Shown piece after piece: positions 13,901-30,900 of a DNA stretch of 64,000 nucleotides; positions within the stretch are counted from its first letter, which is position 1, and each line of letters begins with the position of its first letter. Source of the stretch: the human T2T-CHM13v2.0 reference genome, Homo sapiens; NCBI RefSeq assembly GCF_009914755.1, contig NC_060933.1; one strand, given 5' to 3'. Below the pieces are notes generated by a model that saw only the letters and a program-made list of their open reading frames with translations, was not told where the DNA came from and did no database searches. The position numbers and the translations under genes were made by a program.

Positions 13901-16900
13901 TGGAATGGAATGGAATGGAATGGAATGCCTTCAAACCGAATGGAATGGAAAGGAATGAAATCAACACGAGTGGAATGGAATGGAATGGAATGGAATGGAA
14001 TGATATGGAATAGAATGGAATGGAACGAAATGGAATGGAATGGAATGGAATGGAATGGAATGGAATGGAATGGAATGGAATGGAATCGTTCCGAGTAGAA
14101 TAGGAGGGAATGTATTCGAGTGGAATGGAAAGGAATGGAATCAACCAGAGTGGAATGGAAGGGAATGGAATGGAATGGAAACTAATAGAATGGAATCAAC
14201 CCGAGTGGAATGGAATGGAAAGGACTGGAATGGAAAGGAATGGAATTGAATGGAATGGAATGGAATGGAATGGAATCAACGCGAGTGCAGGGGAATGGAA
14301 TGGAATGGAATGGAATGGAATGGAATGGAATTTAATCAACCCGAGTGCAGGGGAATGTAATGGAACGGAATGCAATGGAATGGAATCATCCGGAATGGAA
14401 TGCAATGGAATGGAATGGAATCAACCCGAGTGCCATGGAATGGAGTGGAATGGAATGGAATTGAATGGAACAATCCGAATGGAATGGAATGTAATGGAGA
14501 GTAAGGGAGTTGAAAAGAATCAATCCGAATGTAATGGAATGGAACGGAATGGAATGGAATGGAATGGAATGGAATGGAATGGAATGGAATGGAATGCAAT
14601 GGAATGGAATCAACCCGAGTACAATGGAATGGAATGGAATGGAATGGAATGGAATGGAATGGAATGGAATGGAATGGAATGATACGGAATAGAATGGAAT
14701 GGAACGAAATGGAATGGAATGGAATGGAATGGAATGGAATGGAATGGAATCGTTCCGAGTGGAATAGGAGGGAATGTATTCGAGTGGAATGGAAAGGAAT
14801 GGAATCAACCAGAGTGGAATGGAAGGCAATGGAATGGAATGGAAACTAATAGAATGGAATCAACCCGAGTGGAATGGAATGGAAAGGACTGGAATGGAAT
14901 GGAATGGAATGGAATGGAATGGAATCAACTCGATTGTAATGGAATGGAATGGAATGGAATGGAATGGAATGGAATGGAATGGAATCAATCCGAGTGCAAT
15001 GGAATGGAGTGGAATGGAATGGAATGGAATGGAACAACCTGAATGGAATGGAATGGAATGGAGAGTAAGGGAGTTGAATAGAATCAATCCGAATGTAACG
15101 GAATTGAATGGAAAGGAATGGAATTGAATGGAATGGAATGGAATGCAATGGAATGGAATCAACCCGAGTGCAATGGAATGGAGAGGAATGGAATGGAATG
15201 GAATGGAAACTACCCGAATGGAATGGAATGTAATGGAGTGTAAGGGAATTGAATAGAATCAATCCGAATGTAATGGAATGGAATGCAACGGAATGGCATG
15301 GAATGGAATGGAATGGAATGGAATGGAATGGAATGGAATGGAATGGAATGGAATGCAATGGAATGGAATCAACCCGAGTACAATGGAATGGAATGGAATG
15401 GAATGGAATGGAATGGAATGGAATGGAATGCCTTCAAACCGAATGGAATGGAAAGGAATGGAATCAACACGAGCGGAATGGAATGGAATGGAATGGAACG
15501 GAATGGAATGGAATGATACGGAATAGAATGGAATGGAACGAAATGGAATGGAATGGAATGGAATGGAATGGAATGAAATGGAATGGAATCGTTCCGAGTG
15601 GAATAGGAGGGAATGTATTCGAGTGGAATGGAAAGGAATGGAATCAACCAGAGTGGAATGGAAGGGAATGGAATGGAATGGAAACTAATAGAATGGAATC
15701 AACCCGAGTGGAATGGAATGGAAAGGACTGGAATGGAATGGAATGGAATGGAATGGAATGGAATCAACTCGATTGTAATGGAATGGAATGGAATGGAATG
15801 GAATGGAATGGAATGGAATGGAATTAACCCGAATACAATGGAATGGAATGGAATGGAACGGAATGGAGTGGAATGGAATGGAATCAACCCGAGTACAGGG
15901 GAATGGAATGGAATAGAATGCAATGGAATGGAATCATCCGGAATGGAATGGAATGGAATGGAATGCAAAGCAATGGAATCAACTCGATTGCAATGGAATG
16001 GAATGGAATGGAAAGGAATACATTGGAATCAACCCGAGTGGAATGGAATGGAAAGGACTGGAATGGAGTGGAATGGAATGGAATGGAATGGAATGGAATC
16101 AACTCGATTGGAATGGAATGGAATGGAATGGAATGGAATGGAATTAACCCGAATACAATGGAATGGAATGGAATGGAACGGAACGGAACGGAATGGAATG
16201 GAATGGAATGGAATGGAATGGAATGGAATGGAATCAACCCGACTGCAGGGGAATGGAATGCAAGGGAATGCAATGGAATGGATTCAACTTGAATGGAATG
16301 GAAAGAATGGAATCAACACGAGTGGAATCGCATGGATTGGAATGGAATGGAATGGAATCAACCCGAGTACAGGGGAATGGAATGGAATGGAATGCAATGG
16401 AATGGAATCGTCCGTAATGGAATGGAAAGGAATGGAATGGAATGGAATGGAATGGAATGGAATGGAATCAACTCAATTGCAATCGAATGGAATGGAATGG
16501 AATTAACCCGAATAGAATGGAATGGAATGGAATGGAACGGAACGGAATGGAATGGAATGGAATGGAACGGAAAGGAATGGAATGGAATGGAATGGAATGG
16601 AATGGAATGGAATGGAATGGAATGGAATAAACCTGAGTGCAATGGAATGGAGTGGAATGGAATGGAATGGAATGGAACAAGCCGAATGCAATGGAATGTA
16701 ATGGAGAGTAAGGGAGTTGAATAGAGTCAATCCGAATGTAATGGAATGGAATGGAACGGAATGGAATGGAATGGAATGGAATGGAATGCAATGGAATGGA
16801 ATCAACCCGAGTGCAATGGAATGAAGAGGAATTGAATGGAATGGAATGGAAACTACCCGAATGGAATGGAATGTAATGGAGTGTAAGGGAATTGAATAGA

Positions 16901-19900
16901 ATCAATCCGAATGTAATGGAATGGAATGGAACGAACTGGAATGGAATGGAATGGAATGGAATGGAATGGAATGGAATGGAATGCAATGGAATGGAATCAA
17001 CCCGAGTGCAATCAAATGGAATCGAATGGAATGGAATGCAATGGAATAGATTCAACTTGAATGGAATGGAAAGAATGGAATCAACACGAGCGGAAGGGCA
17101 TGGATTGGAATGCAAAGGAATGGAATCAACGCGAGTACAGGGGAATGGAATGGAATGGAATGCAATGGAATGGAATCATCCGTAATGGAATGGAAAGGAA
17201 TGGAATGGAATGGAATAGAATGGAATGGAATCAACTCGATTGCAATCGAATGGAATGGAATGGAATTAACCCGAATAGAAAGGAATGGAATGGAACGGAA
17301 CGGAACGGAACGGAATGGAATGGAATCAACCCGACTGCAGGGGAATGGAATGGAATGGAATGCAATGGAATGGATTCAACTTGAATGGAATGGAAAGAAT
17401 GGAATCAACACGAGTGGAATGGGATGGATTAGAATGGAATGGAATGGAATCAACCCGAGTACAGGGGAATGGAATGGAATGGAATGCAATGGAATGGAAT
17501 CATCCGTAATGGAATGGAAAGGAATGGAATGGAATGGAATGGAATGGAATGGAATCAACTCGATTGCAATTGAATGGAATGGAATGGAATTAACCCGAAT
17601 AGAATGGAATGGAATGGAATGGAACGGAACGGAACGGAACGGAATGGAATGGAATGGAATGGAATGGAATGGAATGGAATGGAATGATACAGAATAGAAT
17701 GGAGTGGAACGAAATGGAATGGAATGGAATGGAATGGAATGGAATGGAATGGAATCATCCGTAATGGAATGGAAAGGAATGGAATGGAATGGAATGGAAT
17801 GGAATGGAATCAACTCGATCGCAATCGAATGGAATGGAATGGAATTAACCCGAATAGAATGGAATTGAATGGAATGGAACGGAACGGAACGGAATGGAAT
17901 GGAATGGAATGGAACGGAAAGGAATGGAATGGAATGGAATGGAATGGAATGGAATGGAATCAACGCGAGTGCAGGGGAATGGAACTTAATGGAATGTAAT
18001 GGAATGGAATCTTCCGGAATGGAATGGAATGGAATGGAATCAACCCGAGTGCAATGGAATGGAGTGGAATGGAATGGAATGGAATGGAACAACCCGAATG
18101 GAATCGAACGTAATGGAGGGTAAGGGAGTTGAATAGAATCAATCCGAATGTAATGCAATGGAATGGAACGGAATGGAATTGAATGGAATGGAATGGAATG
18201 GAATGGAATGCAATGGAATGGAATCAACCCGAGTGCAATGGAATGGAGAGGAATGGAATGGAATGGAATGGAAACTACCCGAATGGAATGGAATGTAATG
18301 GAGTGTAAGGGAATTGAATAGAATCAATCCGAATGTAATGGAATGGAATGGAACGGAATGGAATGGAATGGAATGGAATGGAATGGAATGGAATGCAATG
18401 GAATGGAATCAACCCGAGTGCAATCGAATGGAATCGAATGTAATGGAATGCAATGGAATGGATTCAACTTGAATGGAATGGAAAGAATGGAATCAACACG
18501 AGTGCAATGGCATGGATTGGAATGGAATGGAATGGAATCAACCCGAGTACAGGGGAATGGAATGGAATGGAATGCAATGGAATGGAATCATCCGTAATGG
18601 AATGGAAAGGAATTGAATGGAATGGAATGGAATCGAATAGAATGGAATCAACTCGATTGCAATCGAATGGAATGGAATGGAATCAACTCGATTGCAATCG
18701 AATGGAATGGAATGGAATTAACCCGAATAGAATGGAATGGAATGGAATGGAACGGAACGGAACGGAACGGAATGGAATGGAATGGAATGGAATCGAGTGG
18801 AATGTAACGGAAAGGAATGGAATGGAAAGGAATGGAATGGAATGGAATGGAATGGAATCAACGCGAGTGCAGGGGAATGGAATGGAATGGAATGCAATGG
18901 AATGGAATCTTCCGGAATGGAATGGAATGGAATGGAATGGAATGGAATGGAATGGAATGGAATGGAATCAACCCGAGTGCAATGGAATGGAGTGGAATGG
19001 AATGGAATGGAATGGAACAACCTGAAAGGAATGGAATGTAATGGAGAGTAAGGGAGTTGAATAGAGTCAATCCGAATGTAATGGAATGGAATGGAACGGA
19101 ATGGAATTGAATGGAATGGAATGGAATGAAATGGAATGGAATCAACCCGAGTGCAATGGAATGGAGAGGAATGGAATGCAATGGAATGGAAACTACCCGA
19201 ATGGAATGGAATGTAATGGAGTGTAAGGGAATTGAATAGAATCAATCCGAATGTAATGGAATGGAATGGAACGGAATGGAATGGAATGGAATGGAATGGA
19301 ATGGAATGGAATGCAATGGAATGGAATCAACCCGAGTGCAATCGAATGGAATCGAATGGAATGGAATGCAATGGAATGGATTCAACTTGAATGGAATGGA
19401 AAGAATGGAATCAATACGAGTGGAAGGGCATGGATTGGAATGCAATGGAATGGAATCAACACGAGTACAGGGGAATGGAATGGAATGGAATGCAATGGAA
19501 TGGAATCATCCGTAATGGAATGGAAAGGAATGGAATGGAATGGAATGGAATGGAATGGAATCAACACGATTGCAATCGAATGGAATGGAATGGAATTAAC
19601 CCGAATAGAATGGAATGGAATGGAATGAAACGGAATGAAATGGAATGGAATGGAATGGAATTGAATGGAATGGAACGGAACAGAAAGGAATGGAATGGAA
19701 TGGAATGGAATGGAATGGAATGGAATGGAAAGGAATGGAATGGAATCAACGCGAGAGCAAGGGAGTGGCATGGAATGGAATGCAATGGAATGGAATCTTC
19801 CGGAATGGAATGGAATGGAATGGAATGAAATGCAATGGATTCAACTCGATTGCAATGGAATGGAATAGAATGGAAAGGAATGGAATGGAATGGGATTAAC

Positions 19901-22399
19901 CCGAATAGAATGGAATGGAATGGAATGGAACGGAATGGAACGGAATGGAATGGAATGGAATGGAATGGAATGGAATGGAATGGAATGGAATCGTTCCGAG
20001 TGGAATAGGAGGGAATGTATTCGAGTGGAATGGAAAGAAATGGAATCAACCAGAGTGGAATGGAAGGGAATGGAATGGAATGAAAACTAATAGAATGAAA
20101 TCAACCCGAGTGGAATGGAATGGAAAGGACTGGAATGGAATGGAATGGAATGGAATCAAGTCGATTGTAATGGAATGGAATGGAATGGAATGGAATGGAA
20201 TGGAATTAACCCGAATACAATGGAATGGAATGGAATGGAATGGAATGGAGTGGAATGGAATGGAATCAACCCGAGTGCAGGGGAATGGAATAGAATGGAA
20301 TGCAATGGAATGGAATCATCCGGAATGGAATGGAATGGAATGGAATGCAAAGCAATGGAATCAACTCGATTGCAATGGAATGGAATGGAATGGAATGGAA
20401 TACTTTGGAATCAACCCGAGTGGAATGGAATGGAAAGGACTGGAATGGAGTGGAATGGAATGGAATGCATTGGAATGGAATGGAATGGAATCAACTTGAT
20501 TGGAATGGAATGGAATTGAATGGAATGGAATGGAATGGAATCAACCCGACTGCAGGGGAATGGAATGGAATGGAATGCAATGGAATGGATTCAACTTGAA
20601 TGGAATGGAAAGAATGGAATCAACACGAGTGGAATGGCATGGATTGGAATGGAATGGAATGGAATCAACACGAGTACAGGGGAATGGAATGCAATGGAAT
20701 GGAATCATCCGTAATGGAATGGAAAGGAATGGAATGGAATGGAATGGAATGGAATGGAATGGAATGGAATGGAATCAACTCGATTGCAATCGAATGGAAT
20801 GGAATGGAATTAACCCGAATAGAATGGAATGGAATGGAATGGAATGGAACGGAACGGAATTGAATGGAATGGAATGGAATGGAATGGAATGGTATGGAAT
20901 GGAATGGAATGGTACAGAATAGAATGGAATGGAACGAATTGTAATGGAATGGAATTGAATGGAATGGAATGGAATGGAATGGAATGGAATCAACGTGAGT
21001 GCAGGGGAATGTAACGGAACGGAATGCAATGGAATGGAATCATCCGGAATGGAATGGAATGGAATCGAATGGAATGGAATGGAATCAACCCGAGTGCAAT
21101 GGAAAGGAGTGGAATGGAATGGAATGGAATGGAACAACCCGAATGGAATGGAATGTAATGGAGAGTAAGGGAGTTGAATAGAATCAATTCGAATGTAATG
21201 GAATGGAATGCAACGGAATGGAATGGAATGCAATGGAATGGAATGCAATGGAATGGAATCAACACGAGTACAATGGAATGGAATGGAATGGAATGGAATG
21301 GAATGGAATGGAATGGAATGATACAGAATAGAATGGAATGGAACGAAATGGAATGGAATGGAATGGAATGGAATGGAATGGAATGGAATGGAATGGAATG
21401 GAATGGAATCGTTCCGAGTGGAATAGGAGAGAATGTATTCGAGTGGAATGGAAAGGAATGGAATCAACAAGAGTGGAATGGAAGGGAATGGAATGGAATG
21501 GAAACTAATAGAATGGAATCAACCCGAGTGGAATGGAATGGAAAGGACTGGAATGGAATGGAATGGAATGGAATCAACTCGATTGTAATGGAATGGAATG
21601 GAATGGAATGGAATGGAATGGAATGGAATGGAATGGAATTAACCCGAATACAATGGAAGGGAATGGAATGGAATGGAAACTAATAGAATGCAATCAACCC
21701 GAGTGGAATGGAATGGAAAGGAATGGAATGGAATGGAATGGAATGGAATCAACTCGATTGTAATGGAATGGAATGGAATGGAATGGAATGGAATGGAATG
21801 GAATGGAATGGAATTAACCCGAATAAAATGGAATGGAATGGAATGGAATGGAATGGAGGGGAATGGAATGGAATCAACCGGAGTGCAGGGGAATGGAATG
21901 GAATGGAATGCAATGGAATGGAATCATCCGGAATGGAATGGAATGGAATGGAATGCAAAGCAATGGAATCAACTCGATTGCAATGGAATGGAATGGAATG
22001 GAAAGGAATACATTGGAATCAACCCGAGTGGAATGGAATGGAAAGGACTGGAATGGAGTGGAATGGAATGGAATGCAATGGAATGGAATGGAATGGAATC
22101 AACTTGATTGGAATGGAATGGAATGGAATGGAATGGAATGGAATGGAATGGAATCAACCCGACTGCAGGGGAATGGAATGGAATGGAATGCAATGGAATG
22201 GATTCAACTTGAATGGAATGGAAAGAATGGAATCAACACGTGTGGAATGGCATGGATTGGAATGGAATGGAATGGAATCAACCCGAGTACAGGGGAATGG
22301 AATGGAATGGAATGCAATGGAATGGAATCATCCATAATGGAATGGAAAGGAATGGAATGGAATGGAATGGAATGGAATGGAATGGAATGGAATGGAATG

Positions 22400-23620
22400 C
22401 AATGGAATGGAATCATCCGGAATCGAATGGAATGGAATGGAATGCAAAGCAATGGAATCAACTCGATTGCAATGGAATGGAATGGAATGGAAAGGAATAG
22501 AATGGAATCAACCCGAGTGTAATGGAATGGAAAGGACTGGAATGGAGTGGAATGGAATGGAATGGAATGGAATGGAATCAACTCGATTGGAATGGAATGG
22601 AATGAAATGGAATGGAATGGAATTAACCCGAATAGAATGGAATGGAATGGAATGGAACGGAATGGAATGGAATGGAATGGAATGGAATGGAATCAACCCG
22701 ACTGCAGGGGAATGGAATGGAATGGAATGGAATGGAATGGAATCATCCGGAACGGAATGGAATGGAATGCAATGGAATCAACTCGATTGCAATGGAATGG
22801 AATGGAATGGAATGGAATGGAATGGAATGGAATGGAATGGAATCATTCCGAGTGGAATAGGAGGGAATGTATTCGAGTGGAATGGAAAGGAATGGAATCA
22901 ACCAGAGTGGAATGGAAGGGAATGGAATGGAATGGAAACTAATAGAATGGAATCAACCCGAGTGGAATGGAATGGAAAGGACTGGAATGGAATGGAATGG
23001 AATGGAATCAACTCGATTGTAATGGAATGGAATGGAATGGAATGGAATGGAATGGAATGGAATAGAATGGAATTAACCCGAATACAATGGAATGGAATGG
23101 AATGGAACGGAATGGAGTGGAATGGAATGGAATCAACCCGAGTGCAGGGGAATGGAATGGAATGGAATGCAATGGAATGGAATCATCCGGAATGGAATGG
23201 ATTGGAAAGCAATGCAAAGCAATGGAATCAACTCGATTGAAATGGAATGGAATGGAATGGAAAGGAATAGAATGGAATCAACCCGAGTGTAATGGAATGG
23301 AAAGGACTGGAATGGAGTGGAATGGAATGGAATGGAATGGAATGGAATCAACTCGATTGGAATGGAATCTAATGGAAAGGAATGGAATGGAATGGAATGG
23401 AATTAACCCGAATAGAATGGAATGGAATGGAATGGAACGGAATGGAATGGAACGGAATGGAATGGAATGGAATGGAATCAACCCGACTGCAGGGGAATGG
23501 AATGGAATGGAATGGAATGGAATGGAATCATCCGGAACGGAATGGAATGGAATGGAATGGAATCAACTCGATTGCAATGGAATGGAATGGAATGGAATGG
23601 AATGGAATGGAATGGAATGG
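22400..23620 (+). repeat. Duplicated block, about 770-bp offset
   Basis: AAAGGAATAGAATGGAATCAACCCGAGTGTAATGG at 22491 and 23261. CATCCGGAACGG is shared downstream in both copies. Boundaries approximate. Confidence 0.7.
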
Positions 23621-24999
23621 AATGGAATTAACCGGAATAGAATGGAATGGAATGGAATGGAACGGAATGGAATGGAATGGAATGGAATGGAATGGAATGG
23701 AAGGGAATCAACACGAGTGCAGGGGAATGGAATGGAATGGAATGCAATGGAATGGAATCATCCGGAATGGAATGGAATGGAAAGGAATGCAATCAACCTG
23801 ATGCAATGGAATGGAGTGGAATGGAATGGAATGGAATGGAAACATCCCGAATGGAATGGAATATAATGGAGTGTAAAGGAATTGAATAGAATCTATCCGA
23901 ATGTAATGGAATGGAATGGAATGAAATGGAATGGAATGGAATGGAATGGAATCAACCCGAGTGCAATGGAATGGATTCGAATGGAATGGAATGGAATGGA
24001 ATGGATTCAACAAGAATGGAATGGAAAGGAATGGAATCAACCCGAGTGTAAAGGCATGGAATGGAACGGAATGGAATGGGATGGAATGGAATGGTACGGA
24101 ATAGAATGGAATAGAATGAAATGGAATGGAATGGAATGGAATGGAATGGAATGGAATGGAATGGAATGAACCCGTGTGCAATGGAATGGAAAGGAATGGA
24201 TTCAACTCGAATGGAATCAACTCGATTGCAATGGAATGGAATGGAATTGAAAGGAATAGAATGGAATCATCCCGAGTGGAATGGAATGGAAAGGACTGGA
24301 ATGGAGTGGAATGGAATGGAATGGAATTAACCCGAATAGAAAGAAATGGAACGGAATGTAATGGAATGTAATGGAATGGAATGGAATGGAATCAACCCGA
24401 GTGCAGGGGAATGGAATGGAATGGAATGCACTGGAATGGAATCATCCGGAATGGAATGGAATGGAATGGAATGGAATGGAATGGAATGGAATGGAATCAA
24501 CTCGATTTCAATGGAATGGAATTGAATAGAATGGAATGGAATTAACACGAATAGAATGGAATGGAATGGAATTGAATGGAACAGAAAGGAATGGAATGGA
24601 ATGGAATGGAATCAACCCAAGTGCAGGGGAATGGAATGGAATGGAATTCAATGGAATGGAATCATCCGGAATGGAATGGAATGGAATGGAATGGAATGGA
24701 ATGGAATGGAATCAACCCGAGTGCAATGGAATGGAGAGGAATGGAATGGAATGGAATGGAAACTACACGAATCGAATGGAATGTAATGGAGTGTAAGGGA
24801 ATTGAATAGAATGAATCCGAATGGAATGGAATGGAATGGAATCAACACGAGTGCAGGGGAATGGAATGTAATGGAATGCAATGGAATGGAATCTTCCGGA
24901 ATGGAATGGAATGCAATGGATTCAACTCGATTGCAATGGAATGGAATAGAATGGAATGGAATGGAATGGAATGAAATGGAATGGAATGGAATGGAATTA

Positions 25000-27900
25000 A
25001 CCCGAATAGAATGGAATGGAATGGAACGGAATGGAATTGAATGGAATGGAATGGAATGGAATGGAATGGAATGGAATCAACACGATTGCAATGGAATGGA
25101 ATGGAATGGAATTAACCCGAATAGAATGGAATGGAATGGAATGGAACGGAACGGAATGGAATGGAATGGAATGGAATGGAATGGAACGGAACGGAATGGA
25201 ATGGAATGGAATGGAATGGAATGGAAAGGAATGGAATCAACGCGAGTGCAGGGGAATGGAATGTAATGGAATGCAATGGAATGGAATCTTCCGGAATGGA
25301 ATGGAATGTAATGGAATCAACCCGAGTGCAATGGAATGGAGTGGAATGGAATGGAATGGAATGGAACAACCCGAATGGAATCGAATGTAATGGAGAGTAA
25401 GGGAGTTGAATAGAATCAATCCGAATGTAATGGAATGGAATGGAACGGAATGGAATGGAATGGAATGGAATGGAATGGAATGGAATGGAATGCAATGGAA
25501 TGGAATCAACCCGAGTGCAATCGAATGGAATCGAATGGAATGGAATGCAATGGAATGGATTCAACTAGAATGGAATGGAAAGAATGGAATCAACACGAGT
25601 GGAAGGGCATGGATTGGAATGGAATGGAATGGAATCAACCCGAGTACAGGGGAATGGAATGGAATGGAATGCAATGGAATGGAATCATCCGTAATGGAAT
25701 GGAAAGGAATGGAATGGAATGGAATGGAATGGAATGGAATGGAATGGAATGGAATCAACTCGATTGCAATCGAATGGAATGGAATGGAATTAACCCGAAT
25801 AGAATGGAATGGAATGGAATGGAACGGAACGGAACGGAATGGAACGGAATGGAACGGAAAGGAAGGGAATGGAATGGAATAGAATGGAATAGAATGGAAT
25901 CAACGCGAGTGCAGGGGAATGGAATGGAATGGAATGCAATGGAATGGAATCTTCCGGAATGGAATGGAATGGAATGGAATGGAATGGAATGGAATCAACC
26001 CGAGTCCAATGGAATGGAGTGGAATGGAATGGAATGGAATGGAACAACCCGAATGGAATGGAATGTAATGGAGTGTAAGGGAGTTGAATAGAATCAATCC
26101 GAATGGAATGGAATGGAATGGAATGGAACGGAATGGAATGGAACGGAATGGAATGGAATGCAATGGCATGGAATCAACCCGAGTGAAATCGAATGGAATC
26201 GAATGGAATGGAATGCAATGGAATGGATTCAACTTGAACGGAATGGAAAGAATGGAATCAACACGAGTGGAAGGGCATGGATTGGAATGCATTGGAATGG
26301 AATCAACCCGAGTACAGGGGAATGGAATGGAATGGAATGCAATGGAATGGAATCATCCGTAATGGAATGGAAAGGAATGGAATGGAATGGAATGGAATGG
26401 AATGGAATGGAATCAACACGATTGCAATCGAATGGAATGGAATGGAATTAACCCGAATAGAATGGAATGGAATGGAATGGAATGGAACGGAACGGAATGG
26501 AATGCAATGGAATGGAATGGAATGGGACGGAACGGAACGGAATGGAATGGAATGGAATGGAATGGAATCAACGCGAGTGCAGGGGAGTGGAATGGAATGG
26601 AATGCAATGGAATGGAATGGAATGGAATGAAATGCAAAGGATTCAACTCGATTGCAATGGAATGGAATAGAATGGAATGGAATGGAATGGAAAGGAATGG
26701 AATTAACCCGAATAGAATGGAATGGAATGCAATGGAATGGAATTAACCCGAATAGAATGGAATGGAATGGAATTAACCCGAATAGAATGGAACGGAATGG
26801 AATGGAATGGAATGGAATGGAATCAACCCGAATGCAGGGGAATGGAATGGAATGGAATGGAATGGAATGGAATGGAATGGAATCAACCCGAGTGCAGGGG
26901 AATGGAATGGAATGGAATGCAATGGAATGAAATCATCCGGAATGGAATGGAATGGAATGGAATGGAATGGAATTGAATGGAATGGAATCAACTCGATTTC
27001 AATGGAATGGAATGGAATAGAATGGAACGGAATTAACACGAATAGAATGGAATGGAATGGAATGGAATGGAACAGAAAGGAATGGAATGGAATGGAATGG
27101 AATCAACCCAAGTGCAGGGGAATGGAATGGAATGGAATTCAATGGAATGGAATCATCCGGAATGGAATGGAATGGAATGGAATGGAATGGAATGGAATGG
27201 AATGGAAAGGAATGGAATGGAATGGAATGGAATGGAATGGAATGGAATGCAATGCCATGGAATCAACCCGAGTGCAATCGAATGGAATCGAATGGAATGG
27301 AATGCAATGGAATGGATTCAACTTGAATGGAATGGAAAGAATGGAATCAACACGAGTGGAATGGCATGGATTGGAATGGAATGGAATGGAATCAACCCGA
27401 GTACAGGGGAATGGAATGGAATGGAATGAAATGGAATGGAATCATCCGTAATGTAATGGAAAGGAATGGAATGGAATGGAATGGAATGGAATGGAATCAA
27501 CTCGATTGCAATTGAATGGAATGGAATGGAATTAACCCGAATAGAATGGAATGGAATGGAATGGAATGGAACGGAACGGAATGGAATGGAAAGGAATGGA
27601 ATGGAACGGAACGGATCGGAATGGAATGGAATGGAATGGAATGGAATTGAATGGAATGGAATCAACGCGAGTGCAGGGGAATGGAATGGAATGGAATGCA
27701 ATGGAATGGAATCTTCCGGAATGGAATGGAATGGAATGGAATAGAATGGAATGGAATGGAATGGAATGGAATCAACCCGAGTACAGGGGAATGGAATGGA
27801 ATGGAATGCAATGAAATGGAATCTTCCGGAATGGAATGGAAAGGAATGGAATGGAATGGAATGGAATGGAATGGAATCAACTCGATTGCAATCGAATGGA

Positions 27901-30900
27901 ATGGAATGGAATTAAACCGAATAGAATGGAATGGAATAGAATGGAACGGAACGGAACGGAACGGAATGGAATGGAATGGAATGGAATGGAATGGAATGGA
28001 ACGGAAAGGAATGGAATGGAATGGAATGGAATGGAATGGAATGGAATGGAATGGAGTGGAATCAACGCGAGTGCAGGGGAATGGAATGGAATGGAATGCA
28101 ATGGAATGGAATCTTCCGGAGTGGAATGGAATGGAATGGAATGGAATGGAATCAACCCGAGTGCAATGGAATGGAGTGGAATGGAATGGAATGGAATGGA
28201 ACAACCCGAATGGAATGGAATGTAATGGAGAGTAAGGGAGTTGAATAGAATCAATCCGAATGTAATGGAATGGAATGGAACGGAATGGAATTGAATGGAA
28301 TGGAATGGAATGGAATGGAATGGAATGGAATGGAATGGAATCAAGACGATTGCAATGGAATGGAATGGAATGGAATTAACCCGAATAGAATGGAATGGAA
28401 TGGAATGGAACGGAACGGAATGGAATGGAATGGAATGGAACGGAACGGAATGGAATGGAATGGAATGGAATGGAAAGGAATGGAATCAACGCAGGTGCAG
28501 GGGAATGGAATGTAATGGAATGCAATGGAATGGAATCTTCCGGAATGGAATGGAAAGTAATGGAATCAACCCGAGTGCAATGGAATGCAGTGGAATGGAA
28601 TGGAATGGAATGGAACAACCCGAATGCAATCGAATGCAATGGAGAGTAAGGGAGTTGAATAGAATCAATCCGAATGTAATGGAATGGAATGTAACGGAAT
28701 GGAATGGAATGGAATGGAATGGAATGGAATGGAATGCAATGGAATGGAATCAACCCGAGTGCTATCGAATGGAATCGAATGGAATGGAATGCAATGGAAT
28801 GGATTCAACTAGAATGGAATGGAAAGAATGAAATCAACACGAGTGGAAGGGCATGGATTGGAATGGAATGGAATGGAATCAACCCGAGTACAGGGGAATG
28901 GAATGGAATGGAATGCAATGGAATGGAATCATCCGTAATGGAATGGAAAGGAATGGAATGGAATGGAATGGAATGGAATGCAATGGAATGGAATCAACCC
29001 GAGTACAGGGGAATGGAATGGAATGGAATGCAATGGAATGGAATCATCCGTAATGGAATGGAAAGGAATGGAATGGAATGGAATGGAATGGAATGGAATG
29101 TAATGGATTCAACACGATTGCAATCGAATGGAATGGAATGGAATTAACCCGAATAGAATGGAATGGAATGGAATGGAATGGATTCAGCTTGAACGGAATG
29201 GAAATAATGGAATCAACACGAGTGGAAGGGCATGGATTGGAATGCAATGGAATGGAATCAACCCGAGTACAGGGGAATGGAATGGAATGGAATGCAATGG
29301 AATGGAATCATCCGTAATGGAATGGAACGGAATGGAATGGAATGGAATGGAATGGAATGGAATGGACTGGAATCAACGCGAGTGCAGGGGAACGGAATGG
29401 AATGGAATGCAATGGAATGGAATCTTCCGGAATGGAATGGAATGGAATGGAATGGAATGGAATGGAATGAAATGCAATGGATTCAACTCGATTGCAATGG
29501 AATGGAATAGAATGGAATGGAATGGAATGGAATGGAATGGAATGGAATGGAATTAACCCGAATAGAATGGAATGGAATGGAATGGAATGGAATTAACCCG
29601 AATAGAATGGAATGGAATGGAATTGAACGGAATGGAATGGAATGGAATGGAATGCAATGGAATGGAATGGAATGGAATCAACCCGACTGCAGGGGAATGG
29701 AATGGAATGGATTCAACAAGAATGGAATGGAAAGGAATGGAATAAACCCGAGTGGAATGGCATGGAATGGAACGGAATGGAATGGGATGGAATGGAATGG
29801 TACGGAATAGAATGGAATGGAATGAAATGCAATAGAATGGAATGGAATGGAATGGAATGGAATGGAATGGAATGGAATGGAATGAACCCGTGTGCAATGG
29901 AATGGAATGGAATGGAATAGAATGGATTCAACTCGAATGGAATCCACTCGATTGCAATGGAATGGAATGGAATTAAAAGGAATAGAATGGAATCAACCCG
30001 AGTGGAATGGAATGGAAAGGACTGGAATGGAGTGGAATGGAATGGAATGGAATTAACCCGAATAGAATGAAATGGAACGGAATGGAATGGAATGTAATGG
30101 AATGGAATGGAATGGAATCAACCCGAGTGCAGGGGAATGGAATGGAATGGAATGCAATGGAATGAAATCATCCGGAATGGAATGGAATGGAATGGAATGG
30201 AATGGAATTGAATGGAATGGAATCAACTCGATTTCAATGGAATGGAATGCAATAGAATGGAACGGAATTAACACGAATAGAATGGAATGGAATGGAATGG
30301 AATGGAACAGAAAGGAATAGAATGGAATGGAATGGAATCAACCCAAGTGCAGGGGAATGGAATGGAATGGAATTCAATGGAATGGAATCATCCGGAATGG
30401 AATGGAATGGAATGGAATGGAATGGAATGGAATGGAATCAACCCGAGTGCAATGGAATGGAGAGGAATGGAATGGAATGGAATGGAAACTACACGAATGG
30501 AATGGAATGTAATGGAGTGTAAGGGAATTGAATAGAACGAATCCGAATGGAATGGAATGGAATGGAATGGAAAGGAATGGAATGGAATGGAATGGAATGG
30601 AATGGAATGGAATGCAATGCCATGGAATCAACCCGAGTGCAATCGAATGGAATCGAATGGAATGGAATGCAATGGAATGGATTCAACTTGAATGGAATGG
30701 AAAGAAAGGAATCAACACGAGTGGAATGGCATGGATTGGAATGGAATGGAATGGAATCAACCCGAGTACAGGGGAATGGAATGGAATGGAATGAAATGGA
30801 ATGGAATCATCCGTAATGTAATGGAAAGGAATGGAATGGAATGGAATGGAATGGAATGGAATCAACTCGATTGCAATTGAATGGAATGGAATGGAATTAA